A stretch of 64,000 nt of DNA, from the NCBI GenBank assembly GCA_965112635.1, contig OZ218778.1, forward strand, positions 2,784,001-2,848,000, written 5' to 3'. A program made the translations under genes and the position numbers. This document shows positions 1 to 9,639 of this stretch, piece by piece (the stretch's first letter is position 1; each line of letters starts with the position of its first letter). The notes below the pieces were generated by a model. It was not told where the DNA came from, made no database searches, and was given only the letters and a program-made list of their open reading frames with translations. This stretch comes from an uncultured bacterium. GTDB lineage: Bacteria > Oederibacteriota > Oederibacteriia > Oederibacteriales > Oederibacteriaceae.

Positions 1-1623
1 GCCATTCAGGGATGACTGCGACGTCGCTCCGCCTGCGTTCGCGCTGTGATTCGCCATGTTGACCTGCCCGATGACCCTGTTGGCCGAGGCTCCGGCGGCC
101 GGAAGGCCCGCGACGTTATTATAGACCAGCACGCGGTGATTCAGCGTATCGGCCACGAACAGGTTCCCACCCCCGATACAGGCTGACCAGGGATAGTACA
201 GGCCCGTGGCACCCCCGGCACTGGGGGTATTGCTGACCATATTGGCCTGCCCCACCACGATGACGGGGGTGCAGTTGGTTGTGGGCAGGGTATTGTAGAT
301 GAGCACCCGGCTGTTTTCGATATCTGTCACCACCAGCCTGGTCCCGTCCGTGGAGATTCCGCTTGGAGAGGCCAGGGTCGAGACAGTGCAGGCCGTGGCT
401 CCCAGGTTGACATTGCCAGAAACGAAATCCGATTGGCCCACGACCACGCTGGCTGAAGCGCCGCTGGAGGTGGGAATGCTGTTGTAGATCAAAACCCGGC
501 AATTGGAATTATCGGCGATGAAAAGTTTGGAGCTTTTGGCGAAACAACCGCTGGGCGCGGCCAGACTGGTCTGGCTCGTCCCGGGGTTGGAAGCGCTGAC
601 CAGGTCTCCCTGCCCCACGGCCACATTGGCCGAAGCGCCCGGGGTCGTCGGCACCGTGTTATAGATCAATACCCGGTTGTTTTTGTAGTCAGCGATATAT
701 AGCTTGGTCCCGTCGCTCCAGGTTGACCAGGGATCGTATAAGGTTCCGGCAGCTACACTGCCTCCCTGGTTGGGGCTGTTCCCCGTATAGTTGGCCTGCC
801 CGACGACATTGTCCGCGGCCACATGGTCCGCGCCCGTGGGGAGGGCGTTGTAGATCAAGACCCGGCTGTTGTTCTGGTCCGCCACAAAAAGCTTGGTGCC
901 GTCGCTGCTCACCCCGTTCGGACCGTAGAGAGAGTACTGCGAACATGCCCCGCCCTCGTTGGCGCTGCTCGCGGTCATATTGGCCTGGCCGATGACATGG
1001 TCGGCGGTACCGTTGCTGACCGGCAGAAGGGCAATATTGTTGTACACCAAAACACGGTTATTTCCGTAATCCGCCACCACCATTCTGGTCCCGTCGCCCC
1101 AGACGGCATAGGGCGAGCTCATGGTCGCACTGGTCGCTGAAGAGCCCCAGTGTCCCACCACGGTGTCCGCGGCCTGGTTGTTGGCCGTCGGCACGGTGTT
1201 GTAGATCAGGACCCGATTATTGCCGGTGTCGGCGATATAAAGCCGCGTCCCATCGCAGTAAACCCCCTGGGGGTCGCTGAGATAGTTGTTTAGGGTAACG
1301 AAATCGTTCTGGTTGGTTTCCACATCACTCAAACAGGTCTGGCCGATGACCACATCGGGTCTGGCCAGATTGGAGGTCGGGATGGTGTTGTAGATCAAAA
1401 TGCGGTCATTGTTCGCATCCGCGACAAAAAGCCGTGTGCCGTCACTACAAACAGAACCAGGGTAATTGATTCCCAGGCTTCTTCCCACAGTGCCGTTGGC
1501 CCCGTTGTTCGTGTAATTGGTCTGCCCCAGCACGCACTGCGCGCTTTGGAAATTGGTCAGCGCCCAGACCAGCACCCCCGTGACCAGCATCAAACTTATT
1601 GCTAATAATAAAGCCCTTTTCAT
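1..1623 (-). CDS. Secreted NHL-repeat (beta-propeller) protein, 3' end runs off the window
   Basis: Not in the ORF track because no stop codon falls inside the window. ATG at 1623 follows GAGGAG. Manual translation of the 5' part gives a signal peptide MKRALLLAISLMLVTGVLVWA, then repeated units such as DGTRLFVADANNDRILIYNTIPT and DGTRLYIADTGNNRVLIYNTVPT...VVG. Confidence 0.85.
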   Translation of the reverse strand, partial: MKRALLLAISLMLVTGVLVWALTNFQSAQCVLGQTNYTNNGANGTVGRSLGINYPGSVCSDGTRLFVADANNDRILIYNTIPTSNLARPDVVIGQTCLSDVETNQNDFVTLNNYLSDPQGVYCDGTRLYIADTGNNRVLIYNTVPTANNQAADTVVGHWGSSATSATMSSPYAVWGDGTRMVVADYGNNRVLVYNNIALLPVSNGTADHVIGQANMTASSANEGGACSQYSLYGPNGVSSDGTKLFVADQNNSRVLIYNALPTGADHVAADNVVGQANYTGNSPNQGGSVAAGTLYDPWSTWSDGTKLYIADYKNNRVLIYNTVPTTPGASANVAVGQGDLVSASNPGTSQTSLAAPSGCFAKSSKLFIADNSNCRVLIYNSIPTSSGASASVVVGQSDFVSGNVNLGATACTVSTLASPSGISTDGTRLVVTDIENSRVLIYNTLPTTNCTPVIVVGQANMVSNTPSAGGATGLYYPWSACIGGGNLFVADTLNHRVLVYNNVAGLPAAGASANRVIGQVNMANHSANAGGATSQSSLNG

Positions 1624-1822
1624 TGCCTGTCTCCTCTCAAAATGCATTAATTTTATGAGCTTAATTTAGCTGGTAAAAGAAAGAAGTCAAGTTAGAAAAA
1701 TATCCTGGTGGAAAATAATCGTTGTCAAAAATTCTTTCGGCCCAGGCCTCCGTTTTTTCCCCATTCCTGCTGTATAATCTAAAGAAAGACATCGCTAAGG
1801 TTAGGAAAGGCAGAAAAATCAC

Positions 1823-4402
1823 ATGGAACTGCAAAAAAATTCCGTCTCTGTCAGGGAAAAGGTCAAACTCCTGGTCTATTTTGACGTGGTTTTGGACCGT
1901 CCCATCATCGTGGACCTGGTCTTCGAGGGCGAGACCCCGGACATAGACAAACTGGCCCAGATCATCAACCTCGAGGACCTGGTCGAATCGGTCCGACAAG
2001 CCCATAAAAAGCTGCCCTTTGAGGAGATCTTTTCCCCCGAGCAATCCGGTAAAGAGGCAACAGTCTCCCCAGTCGGCCCCCAGACAACGTTTAAGATACC
2101 CGCCGAACTGATGGACAAAAGGTTCGTGTTCCCGGCCTCCATCAAGAAGATCTTGGCCAAAGCGCCTCCCGCCGAGGTCAGGACCCTGCTTTACGGCCAC
2201 GGCGAAGGAGAACTCTTTCACAGGTACGGCCTCCTGGGCCGGGCCGCCCAACAGGAGCTCATGGCCTCCTCGGAACTCCCTTTTTACTGCGCCACCCTGG
2301 CCGTGCTGGCGAACTGGGCCAGCGATGAACTGCACAACCAGCTTCTGGAACCCGGCAAGGTCAAGGAAAGCTACGACAGCCTGCGGGTCAAACTGCACAG
2401 CCACACCATCCACCTGCCCGAAGCCGTGATGAACGGCATGATGGCCAAGCGCATCCTGGACAGCCCCCTGTCGCTCTATGCCCTGCGGCGCAAACCCGCG
2501 CCCGGCCCCGTGGACGAAGTGGAACAGCTTTACCTGGCCTACCCCAACGCTTACTTCCTGACCCCGGCCCTGGTGCAGTGCCTGGACAGGCTTTTCGAGG
2601 CCGAGCCCAACACCTTGGGCCACAATGAAAAGACCTACGAAACCCTGGTCGAAAGATTGGAAGACACAGCCGAGCACATCCGCCAGGCCGGCCAGTTCTG
2701 GAAAAAGCAAAAGTCCCGCAACGGGTTGAACTGGTTCCTCGCCATCGTCTGTTTTTTAGTGGTCAGCGGCGCGCTCTTCCTGCCCTGGCTCCTCAATCCC
2801 TTTAACCAGGAACTCATCCAGGACAAACTTTCCCGGCCCGAATGGATCAGCCGTCTGGTCCAGGCCCTGACCGCCGGGGCGGCCGCGGGGGCCGTCTGGT
2901 TTCTGGGAGGCAGGGCCGTTAACATTTGGAAGCGGGCAAGGTCCTCAGCCTGGCAAAAATTCCGCGAGTTCAAGAAGATGCTCTCCACCATCCCCCTGTT
3001 CCGGAGGCACGCGGCCAAGGCCGCGGTCTATGCCAAGCTCACCAAGGCGTTCGCGGCCAGCCTGCCGGAGTTCGCGGTCACCAAGCTCAACGACCTGTCC
3101 GGCCTGCTGCCCTACTGGAAAAAAGCGCCCCACGAGATGCGGCGCCTGGCCCGCCAGGCCAGGAAGGCCAAGCGTCTTTCCCAGGCCGGCCTTCTCAGGG
3201 AACTGCCCGCCATCCTGGAGAACTACGCCCGGCTCAAAATGGACGAGCTGGACTACAAAAAACTCAGCAGCCTGCAGCTGCCTCCCCTGGATTTTTCCGG
3301 CCAGTATTCGGATGACCAGCTCATGGAAAAATGGTCCCAAAACTCCTGCGTCTGCTACGACGACCCCTTCCCCAACCTCATCTCCGGCCAGGTCAAGCAG
3401 GGCGGGGTCTATTTCATCGATGTCATCGGCTCCACGGAAATGTCCACCCGCCAGAACCTGAGCAACGCCCTGGAGGTCTACGGCCGTCTGCTCTACCAGG
3501 TCAACGAGTCCGGCAGCACCCCCCTCTGGCGCAAGGAAGTGGGGGACGGCCGCATCTACTGTTTCCCGCCCCAGGAGGCCCTGGCCCGGGCCGTGCTCAC
3601 GGCCCAGGGAGCGGCCCACCCCAAGATCGGCCTGTCCATCGGCGTCGGGCTTTCCGTGGGCGAGCTCTACACCGATGTCCGCACCGGCGACTACCAGAAC
3701 GAGGTCACCAACCGGGCCTCGCGCCTTAACACCCGGGATGAGACCGTGGGCGCCTATGTCCGGACGCGTTACGCGGACCAACCTTTCAAGGTGCACGTCA
3801 AATACGGCCGCCTGTATAACAGCGGCATCGCCCTGGATGAAAAGGCCCTGCACAGCCTGGGGCTGACCGATTGCCCGGCCCTGGCGCCCGACCCCTGTTT
3901 TGAATGGCGCTTTCCCCTGGTGGACAGGTTCGGCCTGTCCGGGTCCGCGGGCACCATGGCCTATATCGTGGAGCGCCTCGAGCCGGACAAGCTCCAGTCG
4001 CGGGTCAGGGCCATGGCCAAGATGATGAAACCCGAGCATGACTTCCACAGGATGCACAGGGATTTTGACGGGGTCAATGAGCTGGCCTTCGAGGTCTTTT
4101 GCTCCAAATCCGACCCCACCCTTTATTACGGCACCCATTTAGAGGAAGCCGGGGTCCGGGAATACCTCCGTGCCCACGGCGTGACGGACCTGAGTTTTGC
4201 TTCCGCGGAGGTGGAACATCAGACGCCTGTGAGCGTGGCCCAGGTCAGCCTTCCCAACATGCAGAACGTCAGCGTGTTCCTCAAAGAGCGCAAGACCGTC
4301 CTCAAAGGGCTGGGAGCCACGACCATCGCCGAAGTGAATATTTCCAGGGCTTTCCTCGGGGAGGACCAGGTAGGCCTCAAAGGCTTTTTGTCCAGGCTTT
4401 GA
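1823..4402 (+). CDS. Membrane-anchored class III nucleotidyl (adenylate) cyclase with large insertions
   Basis: 859 aa with two hydrophobic helices near aa 300-365. Cyclase motifs FIDVIGST, RKEVGDG, DYQNEVTNRASRL and C-terminal VLKGLG are all present. Confidence 0.75.
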   Translation: MELQKNSVSVREKVKLLVYFDVVLDRPIIVDLVFEGETPDIDKLAQIINLEDLVESVRQAHKKLPFEEIFSPEQSGKEATVSPVGPQTTFKIPAELMDKRFVFPASIKKILAKAPPAEVRTLLYGHGEGELFHRYGLLGRAAQQELMASSELPFYCATLAVLANWASDELHNQLLEPGKVKESYDSLRVKLHSHTIHLPEAVMNGMMAKRILDSPLSLYALRRKPAPGPVDEVEQLYLAYPNAYFLTPALVQCLDRLFEAEPNTLGHNEKTYETLVERLEDTAEHIRQAGQFWKKQKSRNGLNWFLAIVCFLVVSGALFLPWLLNPFNQELIQDKLSRPEWISRLVQALTAGAAAGAVWFLGGRAVNIWKRARSSAWQKFREFKKMLSTIPLFRRHAAKAAVYAKLTKAFAASLPEFAVTKLNDLSGLLPYWKKAPHEMRRLARQARKAKRLSQAGLLRELPAILENYARLKMDELDYKKLSSLQLPPLDFSGQYSDDQLMEKWSQNSCVCYDDPFPNLISGQVKQGGVYFIDVIGSTEMSTRQNLSNALEVYGRLLYQVNESGSTPLWRKEVGDGRIYCFPPQEALARAVLTAQGAAHPKIGLSIGVGLSVGELYTDVRTGDYQNEVTNRASRLNTRDETVGAYVRTRYADQPFKVHVKYGRLYNSGIALDEKALHSLGLTDCPALAPDPCFEWRFPLVDRFGLSGSAGTMAYIVERLEPDKLQSRVRAMAKMMKPEHDFHRMHRDFDGVNELAFEVFCSKSDPTLYYGTHLEEAGVREYLRAHGVTDLSFASAEVEHQTPVSVAQVSLPNMQNVSVFLKERKTVLKGLGATTIAEVNISRAFLGEDQVGLKGFLSRL

Positions 4403-4567
4403 CCCTTGCTACAGGCTTTCCGAAAGAAACCATTTATTATCCACCGCATTATTGCATTGAAACCAAAGGGTCCATGCCTCTAATAAAAACCTAACAATTG
4501 CAATAAGCTGCAAAATAGTCTATATTTGTCTGAAAATTACAAAAACTTTTTATGAAAGGTTTTAAAT

Positions 4568-4999
4568 ATGACAAACAGTTCCGGAAAAGCCATATTGTTT
4601 TTACTATTGTTAATGGTTGCTCTTTCTCCGGCCCTAGTTTTAGCTACTGGGATATCTTCTCCCACTTTCACTAGTACCGCCACTTCAACCTCTACCGCTA
4701 CCTTTACTCCCACCCAGACCCCCGTACCTGCTCCCAGGATGATTGTGGCGCCGGTGCCGGTCAAAGCCGGCCAGCCGGTGTGCATGTACTTTGATATCAC
4801 CCCGGTAACCGCCAAATGGACGGTCTACAACACCGTTGGAGAGGTCATCGCCACTTTGAACTTCAGCGGACCGGCCAAGCAGTGCTGGGACACCGGAGCA
4901 GCCAAGCTTGCTCCCGGCCTCTACTGGATAGAAATAAAAGTGGTCGATCCTGACACCAACGTATTCACCGAGTGGAAACGCATAGCCATACAACCCTGA
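4568..4999 (+). CDS. Small secreted protein: signal peptide, Thr-rich linker, C-terminal Ig-like (T9SS/FlgD-like) sorting domain
   Basis: 143 aa; hydrophobic N-terminus, TSTATSTSTATFTPT linker, C-terminal VYNTVGEVIA...LAPGLYWIEIK motif. Confidence 0.75.
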   Translation: MTNSSGKAILFLLLLMVALSPALVLATGISSPTFTSTATSTSTATFTPTQTPVPAPRMIVAPVPVKAGQPVCMYFDITPVTAKWTVYNTVGEVIATLNFSGPAKQCWDTGAAKLAPGLYWIEIKVVDPDTNVFTEWKRIAIQP

Positions 5000-5005
5000 C
5001 CAAAA
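4711..5005 (+). repeat. Copy A of a ~295-bp diverged direct repeat encoding the C-terminal sorting domain
   Basis: Aligns at offset 1711 with 6422-6716, including the identical end gagtggaaacgcatagccatacaaccctgaccaaaa. Confidence 0.9.
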
Positions 5006-5024
5006 CTAAGGAGAAAGAAGTCTT

Positions 5025-6710
5025 ATGCTCAAAAAACTGAGTTTGCTGGGATTTATATTTCTGCTCCTGGCCCTATTTTCCAGGGCAAACGCCATGAAAG
5101 CCCTCATCGGAACCCCGGGCCACGCCATCGTGGAAGCGTTAGCGGATAATGGCCAATGGATGGAGGTGGGGCAATTAAGTTTTAACTTAACGCCATCCAA
5201 GCAGAAATTGGATTTTCCAGCAGCGCTGTTCGGAAAGAGCACTGAGTTAAAACTTCGCATCACTCAGCCTGATAACGATGAAAGCCAGTACGACTATATA
5301 GCCCTGGAAGCGGACGGTGTCCTCATGAAACCCCGGGCGCTCCTGCACCAGGAAACCAATGAGTCGCTTATTAAGAAACTGGCCAAGGTTGACCATGATG
5401 TCGCGGAAATGCACGGCCAAACCCTCATCGGGCAATGGCCTAAATCAGCCCGCGCCCGCAGCTTGACTTTGACCCTCATGGGCCGCAGTTCCAAGACCAG
5501 CGACCTCCCTTTCAGCCCTTTTACTCTCTATGATCAGAAAAAATCCCAGCAAACAAAATCATTCGTTCCTTATACCTTCAGCGCCAAACCGGGCAGTACG
5601 CTTAATTTCAAGACTGAAAAACTAGACACCAATTCAGGTCACCCCAGCGCCCCCATTGCCGTGAATATGGTCATAGAAAAAGACCGGCTCAAAGGGCATT
5701 TGGATTTCGGCCCGGATAACGACCCAGGTGACGATGATTTTGCCTCCATCCTGGCCTTCGGCGATAAGGGCGAGGTCAGAAAATTTAAAGTCACCCCGCT
5801 GGATTCGCACTGGGGCCAGGCCCAATGGGCTTACAGCCCCCTGGTTCCGTGGCAGCATATGAGATTTGATTTTAATATTCCGCTTAACGAACTACCTCAG
5901 CGCGGGGATGGGAAGGTAGCCATCGCCTTCCTGGCCTATGGGACATGCGGCTATTCTATTACGAACGGCACTGGTAGTCTGGATTGCTATAATGGCGAAG
6001 AGGACTGTTGGACAGGTTCAAATTGGTATGCCAACGTCGCCAGTTCTTCCACGCCAACATCATTTTCCGTACCTGTCGGCACTCCCCTGTGGTTCTATAT
6101 CAATACTAAGATGGTAACTGGAACCACCACTTTCCCGACCGGCACACCCATTAATGTCACCATGATCTTGAAAATGTATAATGCCTCCAATACTTTGGTC
6201 TACACCTCCACCATTACGGACAGCTTTACTGCCCCCAGTCCGGGGGGTACGATTTGGCTCCCTTGCGATGGATTCACCTATACTCCATCCTGCAGTGGAA
6301 CCTTCAAAATAAAGGGATCAGCCTCGATCGCCGGAGACACCAATACCGCCGATGACATGGGGATCCCTTATCAGCCTGAATTAGATATGACCGTGACCGG
6401 AGGTTCCCCCTGTTACACAGACACCCCCACCCCCATCCCTGCACCCAAGATCATCATGGCTCCGGTGCCGGTCAAAGCCGGCCAGCCGGTCTGTATGTAT
6501 TTTAACAACACCCCTTCTTCCGCCAAATGGACGGTCTACAACACCGCCGGGGAGGTCGTGGCGGTCCTTAATTTCAGCGGCCCGGCCAAACAGTGCTGGG
6601 ATACCGGCGCGGCCAAACTTGCTCCAGGCCTCTACTGGATAGAGATCAAAGTAGTCAACGCGGATTCCTCCATGTATACAGAGTGGAAACGCATAGCCAT
6701 ACAACCCTGA
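5025..6710 (+). CDS. Secreted multidomain protein with C-terminal Ig-like sorting domain
   Basis: 561 aa; AAGGAG RBS, signal peptide, uncharacterised N-terminal domain ending AFLAYGT, Thr/Gly/Cys-rich beta region, C-terminal domain nearly identical to that of 4568-4999. Confidence 0.8.
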   Translation: MLKKLSLLGFIFLLLALFSRANAMKALIGTPGHAIVEALADNGQWMEVGQLSFNLTPSKQKLDFPAALFGKSTELKLRITQPDNDESQYDYIALEADGVLMKPRALLHQETNESLIKKLAKVDHDVAEMHGQTLIGQWPKSARARSLTLTLMGRSSKTSDLPFSPFTLYDQKKSQQTKSFVPYTFSAKPGSTLNFKTEKLDTNSGHPSAPIAVNMVIEKDRLKGHLDFGPDNDPGDDDFASILAFGDKGEVRKFKVTPLDSHWGQAQWAYSPLVPWQHMRFDFNIPLNELPQRGDGKVAIAFLAYGTCGYSITNGTGSLDCYNGEEDCWTGSNWYANVASSSTPTSFSVPVGTPLWFYINTKMVTGTTTFPTGTPINVTMILKMYNASNTLVYTSTITDSFTAPSPGGTIWLPCDGFTYTPSCSGTFKIKGSASIAGDTNTADDMGIPYQPELDMTVTGGSPCYTDTPTPIPAPKIIMAPVPVKAGQPVCMYFNNTPSSAKWTVYNTAGEVVAVLNFSGPAKQCWDTGAAKLAPGLYWIEIKVVNADSSMYTEWKRIAIQP

Positions 6711-6716
6711 CCAAAA
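6422..6716 (+). repeat. Copy B of the ~295-bp direct repeat
   Basis: Matches 4711-5005. Confidence 0.9.
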
Positions 6717-6730
6717 AGGAGATTAGAGAT

Positions 6731-7660
6731 ATGAAAAAATTTCTTTGTTTTTTTATTCTGGCCTTGATCCTGGGGGGTTCAGCCTATGCCGACAATGCCT
6801 CGGTGGCCGTTCCCTGGCTCAAAATATCCAGCAGTCCCAGGGCGACCGGCATGGCCGAAGCCTTTGTGGCCGTCGCGGATGACGTACAGGGTTTGCAATC
6901 CAATCCTGCCGGCCTGGCCTATATGGACAAGCAGCAGCTTTTACTGGCCAACAATATGTGGCTCCAGGATTCCATGATCCAGCACGTGGTCTGGGGCTTG
7001 CCCCTGGGCAACAGCGCTCTGGCCGCCAGCGTGGACTATATAACTTTCGGCAGCGTGGATAAATACAGCCTGGACCCCAACACCGGCCTTCCGGTTGGGC
7101 AGGGCAGCTTCACTCCCACCGCTATGCATGTGGACCTGGGTTACGGGCTCCTGGTCGGCGATTTCAGTTTGGGCGCCGCGGCCAAAGTGCTCAACCAGAC
7201 CATCGACAGCTCAACCCTCTCCGGCTTTGCCGCGGACCTGGGTGCCGGCTGGAGATGGCAGGGTACGGGGCTGTCCCTGGCCTGCGCGGTGCAGAATATC
7301 GGCGGCCAGGTCAGCGGTTCGGACCTTCCCCTGAACCTCAAGGTGGGCACAGCCTATCGGTCCGCTTTTACCTTAAAAGGCGATACTGAAAAAAATAATT
7401 TCATCGTTGCCGCGGATGCCAACCTGTCCCCAGCTGACAGCAATGCTGATTTTTACTCCTTGGGAGCGGAACTATGGCTCAGGTCGTTGATGGCGCTGCG
7501 GGGTGGGTATAAATTGATGAACCAGGGTGATGTGAACGGCGCGACCGGCTTCACCTATGGGTTGGGCTTCCGCATGTCCTCAGCCGAGATCAACTACGCC
7601 CTGATGCCCCGCGCCAATATGGGCCAGAGCCAGCAGCTCTCCATACTCTTCACTTTCTGA
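6731..7660 (+). CDS. PorV/PorQ-family outer-membrane beta-barrel protein
   Basis: Start moved to ATG 6731 (AAGGAG upstream). Signal peptide, family motif SPRATGMAEAFVAVADD...NPAGLA, alternating beta-strands, C-terminal Phe. Confidence 0.85.
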   Translation: MKKFLCFFILALILGGSAYADNASVAVPWLKISSSPRATGMAEAFVAVADDVQGLQSNPAGLAYMDKQQLLLANNMWLQDSMIQHVVWGLPLGNSALAASVDYITFGSVDKYSLDPNTGLPVGQGSFTPTAMHVDLGYGLLVGDFSLGAAAKVLNQTIDSSTLSGFAADLGAGWRWQGTGLSLACAVQNIGGQVSGSDLPLNLKVGTAYRSAFTLKGDTEKNNFIVAADANLSPADSNADFYSLGAELWLRSLMALRGGYKLMNQGDVNGATGFTYGLGFRMSSAEINYALMPRANMGQSQQLSILFTF

Positions 7661-7680
7661 TCCATCTTCACCTGCAAATG

Positions 7681-7712
7681 AAAAAAGCCCTGGAAACCTC
7701 CAGGGCTTTTTT
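7681..7712. terminator. Bidirectional intrinsic terminator
   Basis: aaaaaaGCCCTGGA-aacc-TCCAGGGCtttttt, located between convergent genes. Confidence 0.9.
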
Positions 7713-7731
7713 GTTTCACTCCTAACTAGCG

Positions 7732-8415
7732 TTACTGCTTGTCCCCTATGGTGGTGAGATGCGTGTCCGTGGACAGGGCTTTGAGAAGCTCCTCGGCGAT
7801 GATCATATGGCCGACCTGGTCCGGGTGCACCGGCTCGGGACCGAAGAATTCCGGGTCGCGGTGGTGCAGGTGTCTCTGGAAGATCTGGTGGGTCTTTACG
7901 ATATGGGCCTTGTAGGTCTCCGCCATCTCCTCGACGGTCTTTAAATACTCCGGCAATATCCTCAGGACATCTCTCTGGAAAGCGTCCTTGGCGTCCTCCC
8001 GGCAGATATAGAACGGCTCAATGAGGACGAAGGAAGTGCCCCACAGGTTCTTCTTGGTCTTTTCCATCAGGGCTTCGTAGGTTTCCCGGTATTCCTCCGG
8101 CGACACGCCGCGCGGGTCTCCGGCCAGGTGGAGGTGCAGGTCATTGATGCCCACACCAACGCTCAGCCAGTGGGGCTTTTCCCGGAGCACTTCATCATCC
8201 CACCGCGCTTCCAGGTCAGCGATGGTCTCCCCGCCGATACCTTTGTTCACGTAAACAATGAGCCGCTCCGGATACTGGGCCGTGGCCAGGTCCGCGAAAA
8301 AATGCACATAGCCGTTGCCCAGGGGCCCGAACTCCTCCCGGCAGCCGCAGTCCGTGATGCTGTCCCCGATGAACACTATCTTCTGTCCGTTGTTAACTTT
8401 TAAAGAACCAACCAT
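7732..8415 (-). CDS. SGNH/GDSL hydrolase
   Basis: IGDSITD, GIGG and GIND blocks plus a PEPVHP His motif. ATG at 8415 lies 6 nt after AGGAGG. Confidence 0.9.
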   Translation of the reverse strand: MVGSLKVNNGQKIVFIGDSITDCGCREEFGPLGNGYVHFFADLATAQYPERLIVYVNKGIGGETIADLEARWDDEVLREKPHWLSVGVGINDLHLHLAGDPRGVSPEEYRETYEALMEKTKKNLWGTSFVLIEPFYICREDAKDAFQRDVLRILPEYLKTVEEMAETYKAHIVKTHQIFQRHLHHRDPEFFGPEPVHPDQVGHMIIAEELLKALSTDTHLTTIGDKQ

Positions 8416-8451
8416 CCTCAACCTCCTAATACAGTCTGACTTTGGACTGTT

Positions 8452-9624
8452 TTACATTACCTCATCCGCCGGGCCCGCAGGCAGGCACGGGATGACTTCC
8501 GCCCGGATGTTGTAGTGCCGTTTGTACTGATTGACCACGTGGACCTGGAACTTCTCCAGGCTGGCCGTGCTGACCAGGTTGACCGTGCACCCCCCGAACC
8601 CCGCGCCGGTGAGTCTGGCGCCGTAAACGCCCTGCACGCTCATGGCCACATCGACCAGAAAATCCAGCTCGGGGCAGCTGACCTCATAGAGCCGGGAAAG
8701 GCTGCGGTGGGATTTGACCATCAACTCGCCGAAACCCTTGGCGTCCCCGGCCATGAGACAGGCTTTGGCCTTGTTGACCCGTTCGTTCTCATAGACCACG
8801 TGCTCGGCGCGTTTGCGCGGCACTTCGGGCAATACGCTCTTGTAGCGCTCAAAAGCCACGATCCCGAGGTCCCGCAGGGCCGTGTATTTGGGGTTTTTGG
8901 TTTTCAACAGGCTGAGCGCTTCCCCGCATTCCTGCCGGCGGGTATTGTATTCGCTGGTCTTGAGCTGGCGGCCCAGGCCCGAATAGACCGCCACGAACTG
9001 GGTGTCCTTAAAAGCCACCGGAATATTCTCGTATTCGAAAGAACGGCAATCCAGGAAAAGCGCCTTGCCCGGCTGGGAGGCGATGATGGCCAGCTGGTCC
9101 ATGATGCCGCAATTGACCCCCACGAATTCCCGCTCGGCTTTTTGGCAGATCTTGGCCATCCTGACCGGCTCCCATTGCCAGTCGCCCAGGCAGGTCACGG
9201 CCCGGGCCGTGGCCACTTCCAGGGCCGCCGAAGAGGACAAACCCGCCCCCTGCGGCACATTGCCGCTGATGGCGAGGTTGTACCCATCCACGTGGTGCCC
9301 GGTGTTCTGCAAAGCCCACAAGGAGGCTTTGACATAATTGGCCCAGCCGTGCTCGCCCTCTTTTTTGAGGGTGCCCAGGGAGGTCTCCACCATCTCCTGG
9401 AAATCCATGGAATAGATCAGGGTCTTGTTGTCCTGCCGGCGCTGGGCCGCGATAAGGATGTCCCGGTCAATGGCCATGGGCAGGACGAACCCTTCGTTGT
9501 AATCCGTGTGCTCGCCGATGAGGTTGACCCGTCCCGGCGCCCTGACCACGACCAGCTTGCGCCCGCTGTTGGTAAATATCTCATTGAATTTCGCTTTTAA
9601 CGCTTCAACCCTTTGGTCGGCCAT
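8452..9624 (-). CDS. galK: Galactokinase
   Basis: APGRVNLIGEHTDYN, PQGAGLSSSAA, GARLTGAGFGG. Confidence 0.97.
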   Translation of the reverse strand: MADQRVEALKAKFNEIFTNSGRKLVVVRAPGRVNLIGEHTDYNEGFVLPMAIDRDILIAAQRRQDNKTLIYSMDFQEMVETSLGTLKKEGEHGWANYVKASLWALQNTGHHVDGYNLAISGNVPQGAGLSSSAALEVATARAVTCLGDWQWEPVRMAKICQKAEREFVGVNCGIMDQLAIIASQPGKALFLDCRSFEYENIPVAFKDTQFVAVYSGLGRQLKTSEYNTRRQECGEALSLLKTKNPKYTALRDLGIVAFERYKSVLPEVPRKRAEHVVYENERVNKAKACLMAGDAKGFGELMVKSHRSLSRLYEVSCPELDFLVDVAMSVQGVYGARLTGAGFGGCTVNLVSTASLEKFQVHVVNQYKRHYNIRAEVIPCLPAGPADEVM

Positions 9625-9639
9625 CTCATTCTCCCTTGT

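Noticed and set aside
1661-4138. Long antisense ORFs such as 1661-2710 and 2945-4138 (also 14540-16183 and 19903-21117)
   Set aside because: Shadow frames of real high-GC genes on the opposite strand, with no motifs of their own.
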